A stretch of 64,000 nt of DNA from Trypanosoma brucei (taxonomy: Eukaryota). Below the pieces are notes generated by a model. The model was given only the letters and a program-made list of their open reading frames with translations, had not been told where the DNA came from and made no database searches. The stretch lies in assembly GCA_000002445.1 (NCBI GenBank), contig CH464491.1, forward strand, positions 2,784,001-2,848,000. Direction: 5' to 3'. The position numbers and the translations under genes are program-made. This document shows positions 19,342-30,639 of this stretch, piece by piece. Numbering within the stretch: the stretch's first letter is position 1; the number at the start of each line of letters is the position of its first letter.

Positions 19342-20733
19342 GTGACCACAACCCTTCCAGCTACTTAAGCACGCGTAGGATGGGGGAAAACGAAAGCGGT
19401 TGCGCGTTTATTTTTTATATTTATTTGTTTGTGGAAACATATGTGCGGAACGGATAGGGATCTTTGATCATTTATGTTGCTAACATTGTGTAATAATAAG
19501 CAACCTAATATGTATACATGTGCATTTACTTGTTTGCATCCATCTAGTTGACGAGGGGAATGAGTCGTGATGCAAGATTGGCGAAAAGATGAAAGGATGT
19601 GAAGGGGGAAAATGGAAAAATGGGCGCCGAGTAGAGCCGCCTAGCGGGCGCGGCAACACCAAAAGGATATCGTGGCGTGCACTTCGCTGGCTGAATGTAC
19701 CGTTGAGACAGAAAGTGATGGTTCAGCTGATTCATTTCCTCCCTTATTATTTTTGTTTCATCAGTTAAGTAATGCGGTGGGGGCTGTGAGGAGGCTCCAG
19801 TTGTGAAAACCCGCTCGTTGCAGATGTGTTTATTGTTAGTACGTGTTGTGCCACCACAGCAAAGATTGTTATTATTTTGTTCTTTATTTGTTCAATCGCA
19901 CGTTGAAGTGCGGAGGGGAGAGATAATAAGATGGATTGAAGGAAATTTGTGATATTTGTTTCCAAAGGGCAAATAAGCAGGTGCGCTTGCATTTGTGTTA
20001 ATTAAAAAAGAGAAGAGTGAAACTCAGGTGGAAAGGAAAATGCAGGTCAAATATCGGTTGTAAATTTTTTAATTTTATTTTGTTTGCCTTTACGATTTTT
20101 TCTTTCTTTATGGCGACGGCGCTGTTCTTGGATGCAGCAGCCGCTGCAATGCCTTTCTTCTACAATTACTGTACATTTAAGCTATTTTTCAAAATCAGTC
20201 GTTTAGGAAGTGCGGCGAACCTTTCTGTGGTCAACTTCAGGCCATATGTGCAAAAAAGGGGGAAGGGAAGGGGGAAAAAAAAGACGAGGCATTTGCATGC
20301 GTATGGAAAGGAGTATGGAAGGGAAAGACAAAATATGAGAAGTAATAACAAAAAAGAAGCATACGGAGTCGGATTACTTGCTTCTTTTTTATGCCCGTTC
20401 TTCACGCATTTCCCGCGCTTGTTCACCTGCGCCAGCACGAACCATCACTTTGAATCTCATCGTGGGCTCTTCATGGAGTTTGCCATTTCTGCATCAATGC
20501 GTTATCTTAACTTTACCTTATGCGGGTATCATGGTAGAAAGGTAGCTGGATCAAAGCGTAGGGGGTACTATAATTAACTATAACAGTAGTAGTGTTTACT
20601 TTACAGCTTATTTCCCTTATCCTTTAAAGAAAAAAAAGCGCAAAAAGGGAAGATTATAAGTGTAGGAGGAAGGAGAGAAGGAGTTTGATTTAACAATCGC
20701 ATTTGCACTCGCAATAATTCTGCACGTTCCCCT

Positions 20734-21960
20734 ATGAAGAGGCAAAGAACTGCATCCAGGGGCCTATTGGCATCCGCGCGGAAAACCCTCTACCGCCAGC
20801 GGTGGTTGGTTGCTGCCGCGGCGGCTTTTCTGCTTGTCGGCTACTTGCTGCACGAAACCCAGGAGAATAGCCCTTTTGGTCCTCTAATTGATGCCGTTGC
20901 CGACGATGCGGCATTCCTTTCGGAAGCGCTAGATGCGGCAAAGGTGGACCAGAAGGAAGAAAACCTCGCGCACTTCAGCAGGGGTATGATACAAATTGGA
21001 AGTACATTGGAAAAGGTCGTTGGGGTTGCGGCGAGAAACAAGGCCGAACCAGCAGTTATCATGGAACCCTATATAAACCGTGCCGTTGCCATTTACCGGA
21101 GTGCGGTGGATTTTGCATTACAGATGCTGGATCCTCTGCTCAAACGGGAGGAACAAAAACAGAGGGAAAATCAGCCGATGTGGGGCGTTAAGGGCGCCGT
21201 TTCGTACGCGACCACAGTTGTCCTTCCTGAGTATTATTTTGCCATTGATGACACTACCTCACACAGCGCGACGCTGGTAAGGGGAATGCAGCTTCTTCTG
21301 CAGATATCAAATACGTTGCCGATCGCTGAAACTCCATCTCCACCCACCAACACTACTCCCAAGACTTTGGTTGATTGTAGACGCCACGGGACTGACTTGG
21401 AGTGGTTGCAATTTTGTGTGAGCAGTTTCAAGAATCGCACAACGTTAGCGATTCGTCGCGCCGCCGTACTAGAGGAACTCATCGCGCTGCACCCCGAGTA
21501 CGCACCGCTGCGCCTCCACTACGCAGCTGCCATAGCATTAGATCGCGATGTCATCCAAGCACACACCGTGGTTACCTTTATAACAGGTGAGATGGAGAAG
21601 TCAAGTAAACGTGCTTATCCAGATCCTCTCCACGCCGCTATGCTCCGCCTCTTAAAGGCGTTTGTACTGCCCTTCGACTCCTCCCCCACTCCACCAAGCC
21701 CTTCCGATTTGGACTCCGCAGCGCGCGAGGCATTAAAGGGTGTCGATGAAATTGGAAACTGCAGTAATCTCATTCGTCCTTTTGGTGCCGAGAGTAATAG
21801 CAGTTGGAATCGCCGTTTCCGTGGCGTCAAACGTCCAGATGTTATGGATAAGTGGCAGGCAAAACAACTTTTGAAAGCTATGAGGATGCTCAAGCAACGT
21901 CTGCAAGCAGGCAGCGAGGGCTCAGATATTCTTCCCGCTGGATTCGCTGAATGCAGCTGA
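20734..21960 (+). CDS. Hypothetical protein, predicted type-II/signal-anchor membrane protein.
   Basis: A 408-aa ORF in the same orientation as its neighbours. A basic N-terminus is followed by one hydrophobic segment (WLVAAAAAFLLVGYLL). I recognise no family. Confidence 0.45.
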   Translation: MKRQRTASRGLLASARKTLYRQRWLVAAAAAFLLVGYLLHETQENSPFGPLIDAVADDAAFLSEALDAAKVDQKEENLAHFSRGMIQIGSTLEKVVGVAARNKAEPAVIMEPYINRAVAIYRSAVDFALQMLDPLLKREEQKQRENQPMWGVKGAVSYATTVVLPEYYFAIDDTTSHSATLVRGMQLLLQISNTLPIAETPSPPTNTTPKTLVDCRRHGTDLEWLQFCVSSFKNRTTLAIRRAAVLEELIALHPEYAPLRLHYAAAIALDRDVIQAHTVVTFITGEMEKSSKRAYPDPLHAAMLRLLKAFVLPFDSSPTPPSPSDLDSAAREALKGVDEIGNCSNLIRPFGAESNSSWNRRFRGVKRPDVMDKWQAKQLLKAMRMLKQRLQAGSEGSDILPAGFAECS

Positions 21961-22212
21961 TGCACGGCATTCTCTTCATTGTTAATACGGTGTCTCTGAA
22001 CTGCTCCCCATATTGGCGGATGCTCCGCTGTGCTTGGAAAAAGAACTAAGTCGTGGCTCAAAAAAAAAAAAAAGCCAATCCTTGTTACCAACACTGGTTG
22101 TTCATGTTGCACAATTTCATGTTTATTTTTTTTTCTTTTGCAAAACTGTTTAGTTTTGGAAGTTAACAGCACAAACGCAACGTTGGCACCGTTTCCTTTT
22201 ATCCCTTGTGTA

Positions 22213-23001
22213 ATGTATGCGACTCGTGCTAAGGTGCTGTTGTTCCGGTTAGCGACTTTCGTGCTTGTGTCTGTTGTGCGTGGCCAAGAGGAAGTCACTG
22301 AACACAAATACAACATCGTGTTCTCTCGCGACCCAGTCCCCAGTGGACTAAGTGAGGAACAGTACTATCCAATGCGGCTTAGCAACGGTTCGGCCTACTT
22401 GTGCGTGCTGCCTGACATTACTGTCGAAGAGAAGAAGACACTTCAGGCCGAGGACAGTGAACTAGATGTTCCGCTCTCCTTAGAACATGTGGCTGTGGTT
22501 AACAGAGCGCTGAAGAACATGTGCTACACGATGGAGGAATCGTGGTGGACGTACCGATTATGTTGGGGGTCAGGTGTGGAGCAGTTTCACCGTTCTGCGG
22601 TTGCCGGGGATAGCAAATCGAATGCTCCGAAGCAAATGAAAGAGGACCCGCACTTCGTGTTGGGAGTGGCCCCACCTGCGGACGTGTTGGACTTGCGCTA
22701 CGGCGTGAACACAAAAGGCTTGCGATATATTTACACCATATACAGCGATGGTTTAACGTGTGATCTCACACAACTCCCCCGGACAACGGAGGTGCAGTTG
22801 TACTGCGCACGCGAGGGCGAAGGTAACAGTCCAACTATGCGTGTGCGAGAGGCAGAAGTGTGTCGCTACATCGTTAGTTTAACAGCCAAAGAGGTGTGTC
22901 TACTAGGGTTGAAGGAAATTCAACAGCGGTATGGTGTGATTACGTGTCATGAAACAAAACCCACGAACACAGTAGATTGGAACAATAAACAACAGGGTTA
23001 G
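22213..23001 (+). CDS. Putative ER lectin with MRH (mannose-6-phosphate receptor homology) domain, OS-9/Yos9-like.
   Basis: A signal-peptide-like start (MYATRAKVLLFRLATFVLVSVV) is followed by Cys spacing and motifs typical of MRH domains (CYTMEESWWTYRLCWG..., YGVNTKGLRYIYTIYSDGLTCDLTQ..., EVQLYCAREGEG..., EVCRYIVSLTAKEVC). The ORF track starts at 22030, but an M at 22213 fits a signal peptide. Confidence 0.45.
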   Translation: MYATRAKVLLFRLATFVLVSVVRGQEEVTEHKYNIVFSRDPVPSGLSEEQYYPMRLSNGSAYLCVLPDITVEEKKTLQAEDSELDVPLSLEHVAVVNRALKNMCYTMEESWWTYRLCWGSGVEQFHRSAVAGDSKSNAPKQMKEDPHFVLGVAPPADVLDLRYGVNTKGLRYIYTIYSDGLTCDLTQLPRTTEVQLYCAREGEGNSPTMRVREAEVCRYIVSLTAKEVCLLGLKEIQQRYGVITCHETKPTNTVDWNNKQQG

Positions 23002-23434
23002 GTAGGCTCTGAGGAGGCGTCGGGTGCTCGTGTACGGAACGGCGTGGTGGGGTTGGCGGAGAACTGCTTCTAGCCAACAAGCTATCCGGTGTCTGTTGCT
23101 ATTGGGTGCCCTCTTTTATCACGTTTGTCGTGCTTCCGTTCGTATAGGTGTGTACATATATTTTTATGTGCGTGGGTGTATTATTTGTTGTTGGCGTTGT
23201 TCTTTCCTCCACATTTTCTGCCATTCGGGGTAAACCCCATGGGTGTGAAGCAAAGTTTGCGCTGGTCAAAATGTAACTTTTAACAGTTGGAGCTTTGGGC
23301 GAAAGCCACTTTCTCGGTGAGGTGGGCCGTCCACTTAAGTGTTTGTTTTCTCCCGTTTTTCCCTTAAAATCAACCCGTACGTGTTGCCCATAGCCTGTAA
23401 CGCAAACGCACGGAAGGGGGAAAGGTTATGCAAA

Positions 23435-26400
23435 ATGCGGCCCCAGGCTGATAGAAGCAGCTTCCTACACGCCCCAGTGACGGCCGTGTCTGTCAGTTCA
23501 TCGTGGTTTTGCCTCGCGGTTGGGCACCGTGTGCTGGCCTCATCGGTCGATGATGACATGGACCACGGCAGTGTATTTGTAGTTACAGAACTCCCTAATG
23601 GTGCGGTGATCACCGCCTTAGAGCAGCACAGAATGAGTTGCATTGCCACAAATGAACTCATCACTTCAGCTGTTGTAATCGGAAGTGCGGATCGCGTGTA
23701 CGCTGCTCCTCTGTATCGGAATGAGCTGCGTGAGGGAGCCCCCCCTGCAGCGAAGCCGCACAACAGTGTGTTGTTGCTGTCGCTCAATAATTTTGCGCGG
23801 GTCCTGTACATCCAAAGTCTTGGAGACGTTGCGGCCATTTTGGTGCTAACGACGCTCAACTCGGCACACGTAATCCCTGAACAGCACTTGATGGTTGGCT
23901 GGGACGCTTCTGCGGGGGTCGCAAGGAGGGAGGAGAGTCAAGGAATCGTGTTGAGACGCACCGTGAAAGGACTGGGAATTGCCTTAGCCGCATCGGCTCT
24001 GATGACTGCGGACAGATACAACATCCTGATTTTCACCGGTACGTACGCCGGGGGAGTTGCTGTGTGGAGCGTTCCTATAGCGAGCGCGGAGCAGCAGCTA
24101 AGAGGAATGGATGATGGTACTGAGTCACTTCCCGTCCTCTCGCGTATCAGTGCCCACAGCCCCGGTTGTGCTGTGTTTGCCGTGAAGGCAGTTGCGATAG
24201 GTGGTAGCGGAGAGCAGCGCAACGGATCTGCGGTCACTTCACGCATTTGCGTGGCCACTTGTAGCGATGATCGTACTGCCACAGTATATGTCTCACATAG
24301 CGATCATTCCGTCGGGGAAGACACGTGCACTGCGAGCCATTATCAGTTAACGGAAAAAACGAGGTGGGTTTGTTGCTGGCGCGGGAGCCGGGCGGCGCTC
24401 GCCCGCAGGCGCCTGTTTGACATATCCATTCTGCCGACGCGGACACATTCAAGAGTTGTTGTTGCTACAGGTGGTGAAGACGGTACTGTGAATGTCTTGT
24501 GCTTTAACCAGGGGGAACTAGAAGCGGCGGAAACACCGTTGAAGCCTCAAACTATTCATTGTCGTACCCACCAGCATGAGGGTAGCGGGGTGTACAAGGT
24601 AGCTCTAGTGGAGCACGCTGTGAGCAGCGGATATGTGACTGCCGTCGTCTCTTGTGGATTCGATGGGTGCGTTTATTACACAAGGCTCCAGCCGTCAGAG
24701 TTGCGAAAGGCAACACTTATCCCGTGCACCCCCATCAAGCAGAGATGCCATGTAAGGGGGCTGCATTGCGACGATAATGGAACGTTGTTGGCGTGCACGG
24801 AGGATGAGTTTATCATTATTCATTTTCACAAGGGGGACACATCCCCGCACGAGCAGCGTTTCCCCCTTCCTACAACTTGTTCGGGCAAAAAGGATGTACC
24901 GTCATGTCTTAGTGCCATCACCTCCTTGTCGCCTCCACTGGTCCCGTCGAACAATTTTGCACCAAAGCACATCGCACTTATAGGTACAACGGGGGGAGGC
25001 GTATATGGAGTTCTGTATGGCGCATGGTATTCAAATGCAGCAGAGAAGGAAAATGGAGGTAGAGCTCCGACTACTGTGGTGAAGTTGATGACATCATCCT
25101 CCAAGGTGCTCTTTGTTCGAGGATTACAGTATCAACAACACCTAGTCTTGGCTACTGTCCATGCGGGTGGTCAGCTTGTCGTCTCTGCGTTTGAGAATAT
25201 TTACGAACGTTCAACTGAATGGCTTTCTGCTGTCTGCGCGGGTACGCACACTACCGCCCTCACTCTGCGCCTCATGAAACGGACTTTACGACGAGAGTGT
25301 CTCTGTATACTCACTGGTGATGATGAAGGTAGCCTCTATATTCACACAGTGGAGCCGGGCGAGTCACAGGAAACTCAGCCGCTGGCGTGGCGGGACCGCC
25401 TCTTTCAGTCTCCGGTAGCGGCTGTTGACACCGAAGAGGTGGTCTTGCCAACGAGTAATTCTGAAACACGGGTCACGGTGTTATCGCATCAGGGTGAATG
25501 GCGAGCATTAGTTGTGGACAGCGATGATATTCTGAAAGTAGATATTCGGTCCATCTCCTGTCCACTGCTCCTGCCGTGGCGTGTCTCCACCGTTCTGGCC
25601 TGGAGCAATGGTGCGGCAAAGTGTGGAAAGGGCAGCAATGACCTGAGTTTCGCGGTGACATTGTTTGGTACAGATATCACCGTCTTTTCCAGGCGCTCGC
25701 AGATTAGTGGTTGGCACCCCATTGCCCAGTGTCATGAGGTGCGAGCCCCGCGGTTGCTAACAGCAGCCGTTTCGTCAGGTGTAGCAGCCGATGGAGCGGA
25801 GGGAAAAGGGCAGTACGCCTATGTGTGTCACTGTTCAAATGGAAGGGAAGGAGAATGGTGCGAGTACAACCCAGAAAACTCTTCGCGACTCTTGTACGGT
25901 GGTGTGGCAACGGGTCGGGATTACAACACAGTTATTGTTTTACCAGAGCCGGCCGCATGCATACTTTGTGGAGCGGAGCAATCCACAGTAAGTGTACTGA
26001 GCCTTCCGTCGAAGGCCACTAACGCCATGGAGACACCACAAACCCTCTCAGGACCGCATGAGTCCAATATACTCGGAATGTCGTATTGTAGCATTGCCGA
26101 TGGATCGGTGACTTGCGGTGAGGAAGTCCGGTTTGTAACCGTCGGCAGCCTCGCCACTGTTGCCGTTTGGGAGTGGTCGGTCCGCCACAGCTGGCGTGTA
26201 ATGGCCCACATGAATGTGAGGCAGCAGCGGGTGAGGGGCAACGGCGACTCCGCTGTTGACGGCCCTACAGCCACCACCAGCCAGTGTGTTCCGCGGTTTC
26301 TTTCAGTGTGCACAACAGCAAAAGACATCGTCGTTGGGGGCAGCGACGGTGCACTGAGGATATTTGGGTTCACCTCCAAGCTGATACTTCGACAAAAAGT

Positions 26401-26983
26401 GGTGTTGGACCCTCAAACACCGCGACCCGTGACTGCCGTGTGTGCCCTTAGCATAATGGGGGGGCTCGTCATAGCGGGTGACACTGGTGGGGCGCTGTGT
26501 GTGTGCTGTGCTCAAAAAGGAGAGGTATTATCAAGAAGGGTTTGGAAGAAGGTGGCTGTCGACGCCCTTTCGGTTGAGAAACAAGAGCGGAGAGAAGGAA
26601 CTGGAGCCGCATCGTGGCGTGTGCTTGCGGCGATGGACTCTGGTGATATCGTGCTTGTGCGTGCTTCAACGCAGGGAATAGAGACGTTGAGTTCTGTGCG
26701 CGTGGGGTTAACGGCGGGTCGGGGGGTGAGTTGGATAAATTGTGGGGAAACGGAAAGCATGAAGGAGCACGATGGGATGGCAGTTGCGGTGAATGATGAG
26801 CGGCTCACTTTTCTACAGATTAGGGGGGACGTTTTCCACGTAGCAGGAGAGAGGCGTGTAAACGTCCGCGGGGTCAGTGGGCTTGCCATCGACCCATCCG
26901 CATCACCGCCAGATATGTGCGTGGTGGTGGGTCAGGGTGTTGAGACCGTACCGTTACGATGGGAATCATGCTTCGTTGCATGA
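23435..26983 (+). CDS. Large WD40-repeat-like protein (hypothetical).
   Basis: Recurrent WD-like strands appear (TGGEDGTVNVLCF, VVGGSDGALRIFGF, IAGDTGGALCVCC, CGFDGCVYYTRL). The ORF opens at 23339, but its first 32 codons are hydrophobic junk; M at 23435 (MRPQADRSS) is the likely start. Confidence 0.45.
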   Translation: MRPQADRSSFLHAPVTAVSVSSSWFCLAVGHRVLASSVDDDMDHGSVFVVTELPNGAVITALEQHRMSCIATNELITSAVVIGSADRVYAAPLYRNELREGAPPAAKPHNSVLLLSLNNFARVLYIQSLGDVAAILVLTTLNSAHVIPEQHLMVGWDASAGVARREESQGIVLRRTVKGLGIALAASALMTADRYNILIFTGTYAGGVAVWSVPIASAEQQLRGMDDGTESLPVLSRISAHSPGCAVFAVKAVAIGGSGEQRNGSAVTSRICVATCSDDRTATVYVSHSDHSVGEDTCTASHYQLTEKTRWVCCWRGSRAALARRRLFDISILPTRTHSRVVVATGGEDGTVNVLCFNQGELEAAETPLKPQTIHCRTHQHEGSGVYKVALVEHAVSSGYVTAVVSCGFDGCVYYTRLQPSELRKATLIPCTPIKQRCHVRGLHCDDNGTLLACTEDEFIIIHFHKGDTSPHEQRFPLPTTCSGKKDVPSCLSAITSLSPPLVPSNNFAPKHIALIGTTGGGVYGVLYGAWYSNAAEKENGGRAPTTVVKLMTSSSKVLFVRGLQYQQHLVLATVHAGGQLVVSAFENIYERSTEWLSAVCAGTHTTALTLRLMKRTLRRECLCILTGDDEGSLYIHTVEPGESQETQPLAWRDRLFQSPVAAVDTEEVVLPTSNSETRVTVLSHQGEWRALVVDSDDILKVDIRSISCPLLLPWRVSTVLAWSNGAAKCGKGSNDLSFAVTLFGTDITVFSRRSQISGWHPIAQCHEVRAPRLLTAAVSSGVAADGAEGKGQYAYVCHCSNGREGEWCEYNPENSSRLLYGGVATGRDYNTVIVLPEPAACILCGAEQSTVSVLSLPSKATNAMETPQTLSGPHESNILGMSYCSIADGSVTCGEEVRFVTVGSLATVAVWEWSVRHSWRVMAHMNVRQQRVRGNGDSAVDGPTATTSQCVPRFLSVCTTAKDIVVGGSDGALRIFGFTSKLILRQKVVLDPQTPRPVTAVCALSIMGGLVIAGDTGGALCVCCAQKGEVLSRRVWKKVAVDALSVEKQERREGTGAASWRVLAAMDSGDIVLVRASTQGIETLSSVRVGLTAGRGVSWINCGETESMKEHDGMAVAVNDERLTFLQIRGDVFHVAGERRVNVRGVSGLAIDPSASPPDMCVVVGQGVETVPLRWESCFVA

Positions 26984-27452
26984 TTCATTTCTTTTTCACC
27001 CCTTAATCGTTCTAACGTTGATAGCTTAATATTTACCGGACCGCAAACTGTGTTGTGCTTCTGGTGAAGCTTCGTTGCCGTCTTGCCTGGGCGAACCGGT
27101 CTCTGCATCACAGTTAATTCTTGCTTTCGTGAGTTTTGTTTGATGATAAATACGCCCTTTGCACTCCCGTTCACTACCTCTCATCGCCATCTTTTCCACC
27201 CTTGCATAAACACCTCGCTAAGTGCCGCCAACGTCTAGCTCAGGTCCCAAAAGCGAGCGCCACGAATATCGCGGGTGGCACAAAACCTATTTGTCCGGTC
27301 ACTTCGCCGTGGATGTGTTACTGCCGTAACTTTTCTTAAAAAGAGAGACAGCAGCCGCAAAACGGTAGGAGAGAGAGAGAGAGCGAGAGGTATCAGAGGG
27401 AGAGCACAAAGATAAATCTCAGCATCACAAGGAGCTTAGCTACCACACATAG

Positions 27453-30209
27453 ATGGTGTACAACAAAGTGCTGCGAGCTTTAGTTTGTCGCGCTGCTGCA
27501 TATAACCGTCCCTTCAACAGCCACGACTCCCTGCTGATATTGAAGTCTCTCCACACATTGCGGTACCGCAGCAGTGAGGTAAAGGTGATATGTGAGAAAT
27601 GCGCCTTCGCGATAGCCTCCGCGCACATCTCCGTGCCGGTGGAACGTGTGATTGAGGCTCTGAATGCCCTCACTTCTCTTCAAGCGGGAAGTAAACCAGT
27701 GGTGTGGGAACGCTTAGCAGCGCGGTTGTTGGAAGTAACAACAAGAACTGCCTCCCCACAGGCTGTGCAAAAAGCCGCTGTGGTGGTTGTTAAACTGGGC
27801 AGGCGATATGGTAGAAGGGATGTAGCAGAGCACATATTTGATGTACTAATGGAGCTGCTGCCTCTGTACCCACAGGATGTAGCGCTGCGGCTAGCCGTCA
27901 TTAGCGTGTTTCCATACACTGTTTCCAACAACGGCAGTGGTGCGGTAAGCATCGGGGGACAAATTGAGGGAAACACGCGTGTGGATGGAGTTCTCAATGC
28001 GGCCCTCCACTTAGTTGAGACTGGGACTCTTCGTACTGTGCGAGGTAACAGTGCACTACAAGCGCTCCACATGTATCCTGTTATAGCGTGGTGTTGGAAG
28101 GAGTCGGGCATCCACGGCTGTCAAGTAGGCGATGAATTAGCCAATCCCACAGGCGGTAAAAAGCAGGGTCTGTGGGCAGATCCATGGGTGAAAGTGAAGA
28201 ATGCTTTTTTTGAAGATCTACGTTTACACACCGTCGTTCCAGGCGGTTATGCTCAGTTTCTGCACGACTTCCTTTCGTCATGTGCCAGAAAGGGCGATCA
28301 AAGTAACGACTACCAATTCACCCTTAAACTTCTCGGTGTGGCCCTGCACAGGGACTTCAAGAGGGCGTTGAACTCATACGACGTGGCCAAAATGGCGACT
28401 GTAGTAAGCGGTGAGGTTCAGAGGCACGGCAGGTATTTGGAAGAAACGCAAAGGGGTGAACAGAAGGATCAAGGGGTTGTGCCTCCAAGAGACGAAATTA
28501 GTATGATGTTGCTTCGAGTTGTGGAGAGCCTTGTAGAACAAGTGCAGTTCTTTTACAATACTTCTTGGTCATGTCGAAACCAAGTCGGTAACACTGGCAA
28601 TCGTGTCGACCAAGTGGTCATTGGTGCTGTGTGGGGAGCGGTGCAGAAGTTGGTTTGCACTCTTCCCGTAGAACCAACAAAGGTGAAGGCGCTGATGGAA
28701 ATGCTGGTCGGCCTGACCAGCGACACGGCTGGTGATCTTCAGAGCGTATGGTCGTGGGTGTTCTACTCCATGAGTATGTGTGCGCGCACCCCTGTGTTTA
28801 CAGAAGAGCTTAGTCAGGCGGCTAAGAAGGTTGTGAAGGAATCTTCCATTCTTCGGAACGGAGATCACATGTTTGAACGCCATCCGTTCACAATGCGATC
28901 TGCCGTCCAGGCCCTCTACGCGGTTGCGTTGTGGGTGCCGGATGGGGTGACAAAAAAGGGTGCAGGAGAAAAACAAATCAATGAGGGTAATCCTACTCAC
29001 TGGGGTCCTGCGCAGTTGCTAGCGGATAAACTGGTGAAGCAACTGGAGCAGTGCCGCTACAAGGAATATCTCGCGGATGACCTACCAATGCTTCTTCGAG
29101 CTCTTGTCAACCTCACCGAAGCCGGCATCCTTGAGCCAAAAGAGCATTCGTCGGCGCTCAAGTTGGTTGAGAATGTGCTGTATTATATGAAAGGCTTACG
29201 CGATGATGGGTGGTGCCACAGGCATGGTATTAACGTTTGTTGCAGTCTTGTGTCACTTGGTGAGTATCTACTCGGCAACGAATTGGTGACAGACGTTGTC
29301 AAATATCTAGCGAGTGGAATGTCCGTTTCTGTTCCCGAGAACCTCGAAGAGCTCCGCCGACTATTGAGGTGCATGCTCTCACTTAAGCATAGCGTCCCTC
29401 CTGCCGCAACCGATGCAACGACGGGCCTCAGCAGTAGTTCTGTAACACTTTTTAAAGCCGTCGCTGACTGCATCCTTCCAGTTGTGGTAGAAACAGTGCA
29501 GCGCATCTGTGGTGCCAGTAAGAGTAATAGCACGGGAAAGAATATTTCTCTTGCTCTCAGCGTTACTGAGCTCGCTTCCAAACTTGGAGCCACTCTAACA
29601 TTCACGTTTTCTGCTAACAAAGTCGGCGAAATCGTTGCCAACGGTGATTTATGCTCGTCACGAACGGTCGTTGAGCTAAACGTCCCCGCTCTACTTGAAA
29701 AGGTTCAGATGACAGCAGCAGATTCAGCACATATGCTTTACTTGATTAGCTTTGCTTTGAGTAGTGTAACCGTCTCTCAGAAAATGTGCAGAGAGTCCAA
29801 ATCGTGCATACTACGGCTTCGTCAGGCCGCCATTAGCGATAAACCACCAGGTAGCATGCGCGTGGAGACCTTAGTGCACCTACTTCGAGCAAATGCTAAG
29901 CTGCCAGTGTCTAAGATTCTGTTTGATGAAAGGGATCTCCTGACCATAATGGAGGCTGTGTGTTACCATCTAACGTCCTATCGCGAAAAAACAGCGGTGT
30001 TGAAACGTGGCGGAGATGCGGAAAGGGTCGTGCACGCGCTGGTCTACTCGCAGGTGCTTCTGCGGCTGAAGCGTACCCTGAAGAGTTACGCAGGTTTGAT
30101 GGAGACAGTGAGTGACATACTCAGTAAGATGGAAGCGGAGCAAACGGAAACGCCCGAGACATTGTTTCAGCTGCGTCTGTTATGTGATGCTGGGGAGATT
30201 GTGTGGTGA
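27453..30209 (+). CDS. Hypothetical protein (918 aa), helical-repeat rich.
   Basis: A long ORF on the coding strand of the unit with periodic Leu/Ala-rich helices. I cannot assign a family. Confidence 0.45.
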   Translation: MVYNKVLRALVCRAAAYNRPFNSHDSLLILKSLHTLRYRSSEVKVICEKCAFAIASAHISVPVERVIEALNALTSLQAGSKPVVWERLAARLLEVTTRTASPQAVQKAAVVVVKLGRRYGRRDVAEHIFDVLMELLPLYPQDVALRLAVISVFPYTVSNNGSGAVSIGGQIEGNTRVDGVLNAALHLVETGTLRTVRGNSALQALHMYPVIAWCWKESGIHGCQVGDELANPTGGKKQGLWADPWVKVKNAFFEDLRLHTVVPGGYAQFLHDFLSSCARKGDQSNDYQFTLKLLGVALHRDFKRALNSYDVAKMATVVSGEVQRHGRYLEETQRGEQKDQGVVPPRDEISMMLLRVVESLVEQVQFFYNTSWSCRNQVGNTGNRVDQVVIGAVWGAVQKLVCTLPVEPTKVKALMEMLVGLTSDTAGDLQSVWSWVFYSMSMCARTPVFTEELSQAAKKVVKESSILRNGDHMFERHPFTMRSAVQALYAVALWVPDGVTKKGAGEKQINEGNPTHWGPAQLLADKLVKQLEQCRYKEYLADDLPMLLRALVNLTEAGILEPKEHSSALKLVENVLYYMKGLRDDGWCHRHGINVCCSLVSLGEYLLGNELVTDVVKYLASGMSVSVPENLEELRRLLRCMLSLKHSVPPAATDATTGLSSSSVTLFKAVADCILPVVVETVQRICGASKSNSTGKNISLALSVTELASKLGATLTFTFSANKVGEIVANGDLCSSRTVVELNVPALLEKVQMTAADSAHMLYLISFALSSVTVSQKMCRESKSCILRLRQAAISDKPPGSMRVETLVHLLRANAKLPVSKILFDERDLLTIMEAVCYHLTSYREKTAVLKRGGDAERVVHALVYSQVLLRLKRTLKSYAGLMETVSDILSKMEAEQTETPETLFQLRLLCDAGEIVW

Positions 30210-30639
30210 CATGGAACACAATTAAAATCCGGCTACTGTGCCATCATAGATGCGTAAGAATAAAGGGGGTTTGGGACACCTGCAGGTACGTGCGCACAAG
30301 TCACTTCTGTTTTTTAAAAAACTTACTTCGTTCGGGCCCCCGTGCCGTCCCTTCCTTAATGTCTTATTCATACAACCGCTTTTATTTCACCTGAACTTCA
30401 CGTCATGCACTTGCTGCTATTTGTTTATCGCTTTTTCCCCCTAAACGTGGAGTCCTTCAGCAGAAGGGAATTGAGGGGGGGGCTGGGGCAGTTTCTTTAC
30501 CGACCCCAAAATAACCTAACGAGGAACGAGAAAAAGGAAAAGAGAAGGAAGTAAAACCTTAACTGCAACGAAGCACGGTGCTACTGAGCAGAAAGAACAA
30601 GTTATTGTCACCACACTTTCTTCTTTTTTTTTCCGGATA

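Noticed and set aside
20017-20577. 186-aa plus-strand ORF in the spacer between the GH65 gene and the 20734 gene.
   Set aside because: It lies in a low-complexity spacer and has a Phe/Lys/Gly-rich biased composition (from poly-T and poly-A translation). A sense/antisense ORF pair overlaps there. It is likely UTR.
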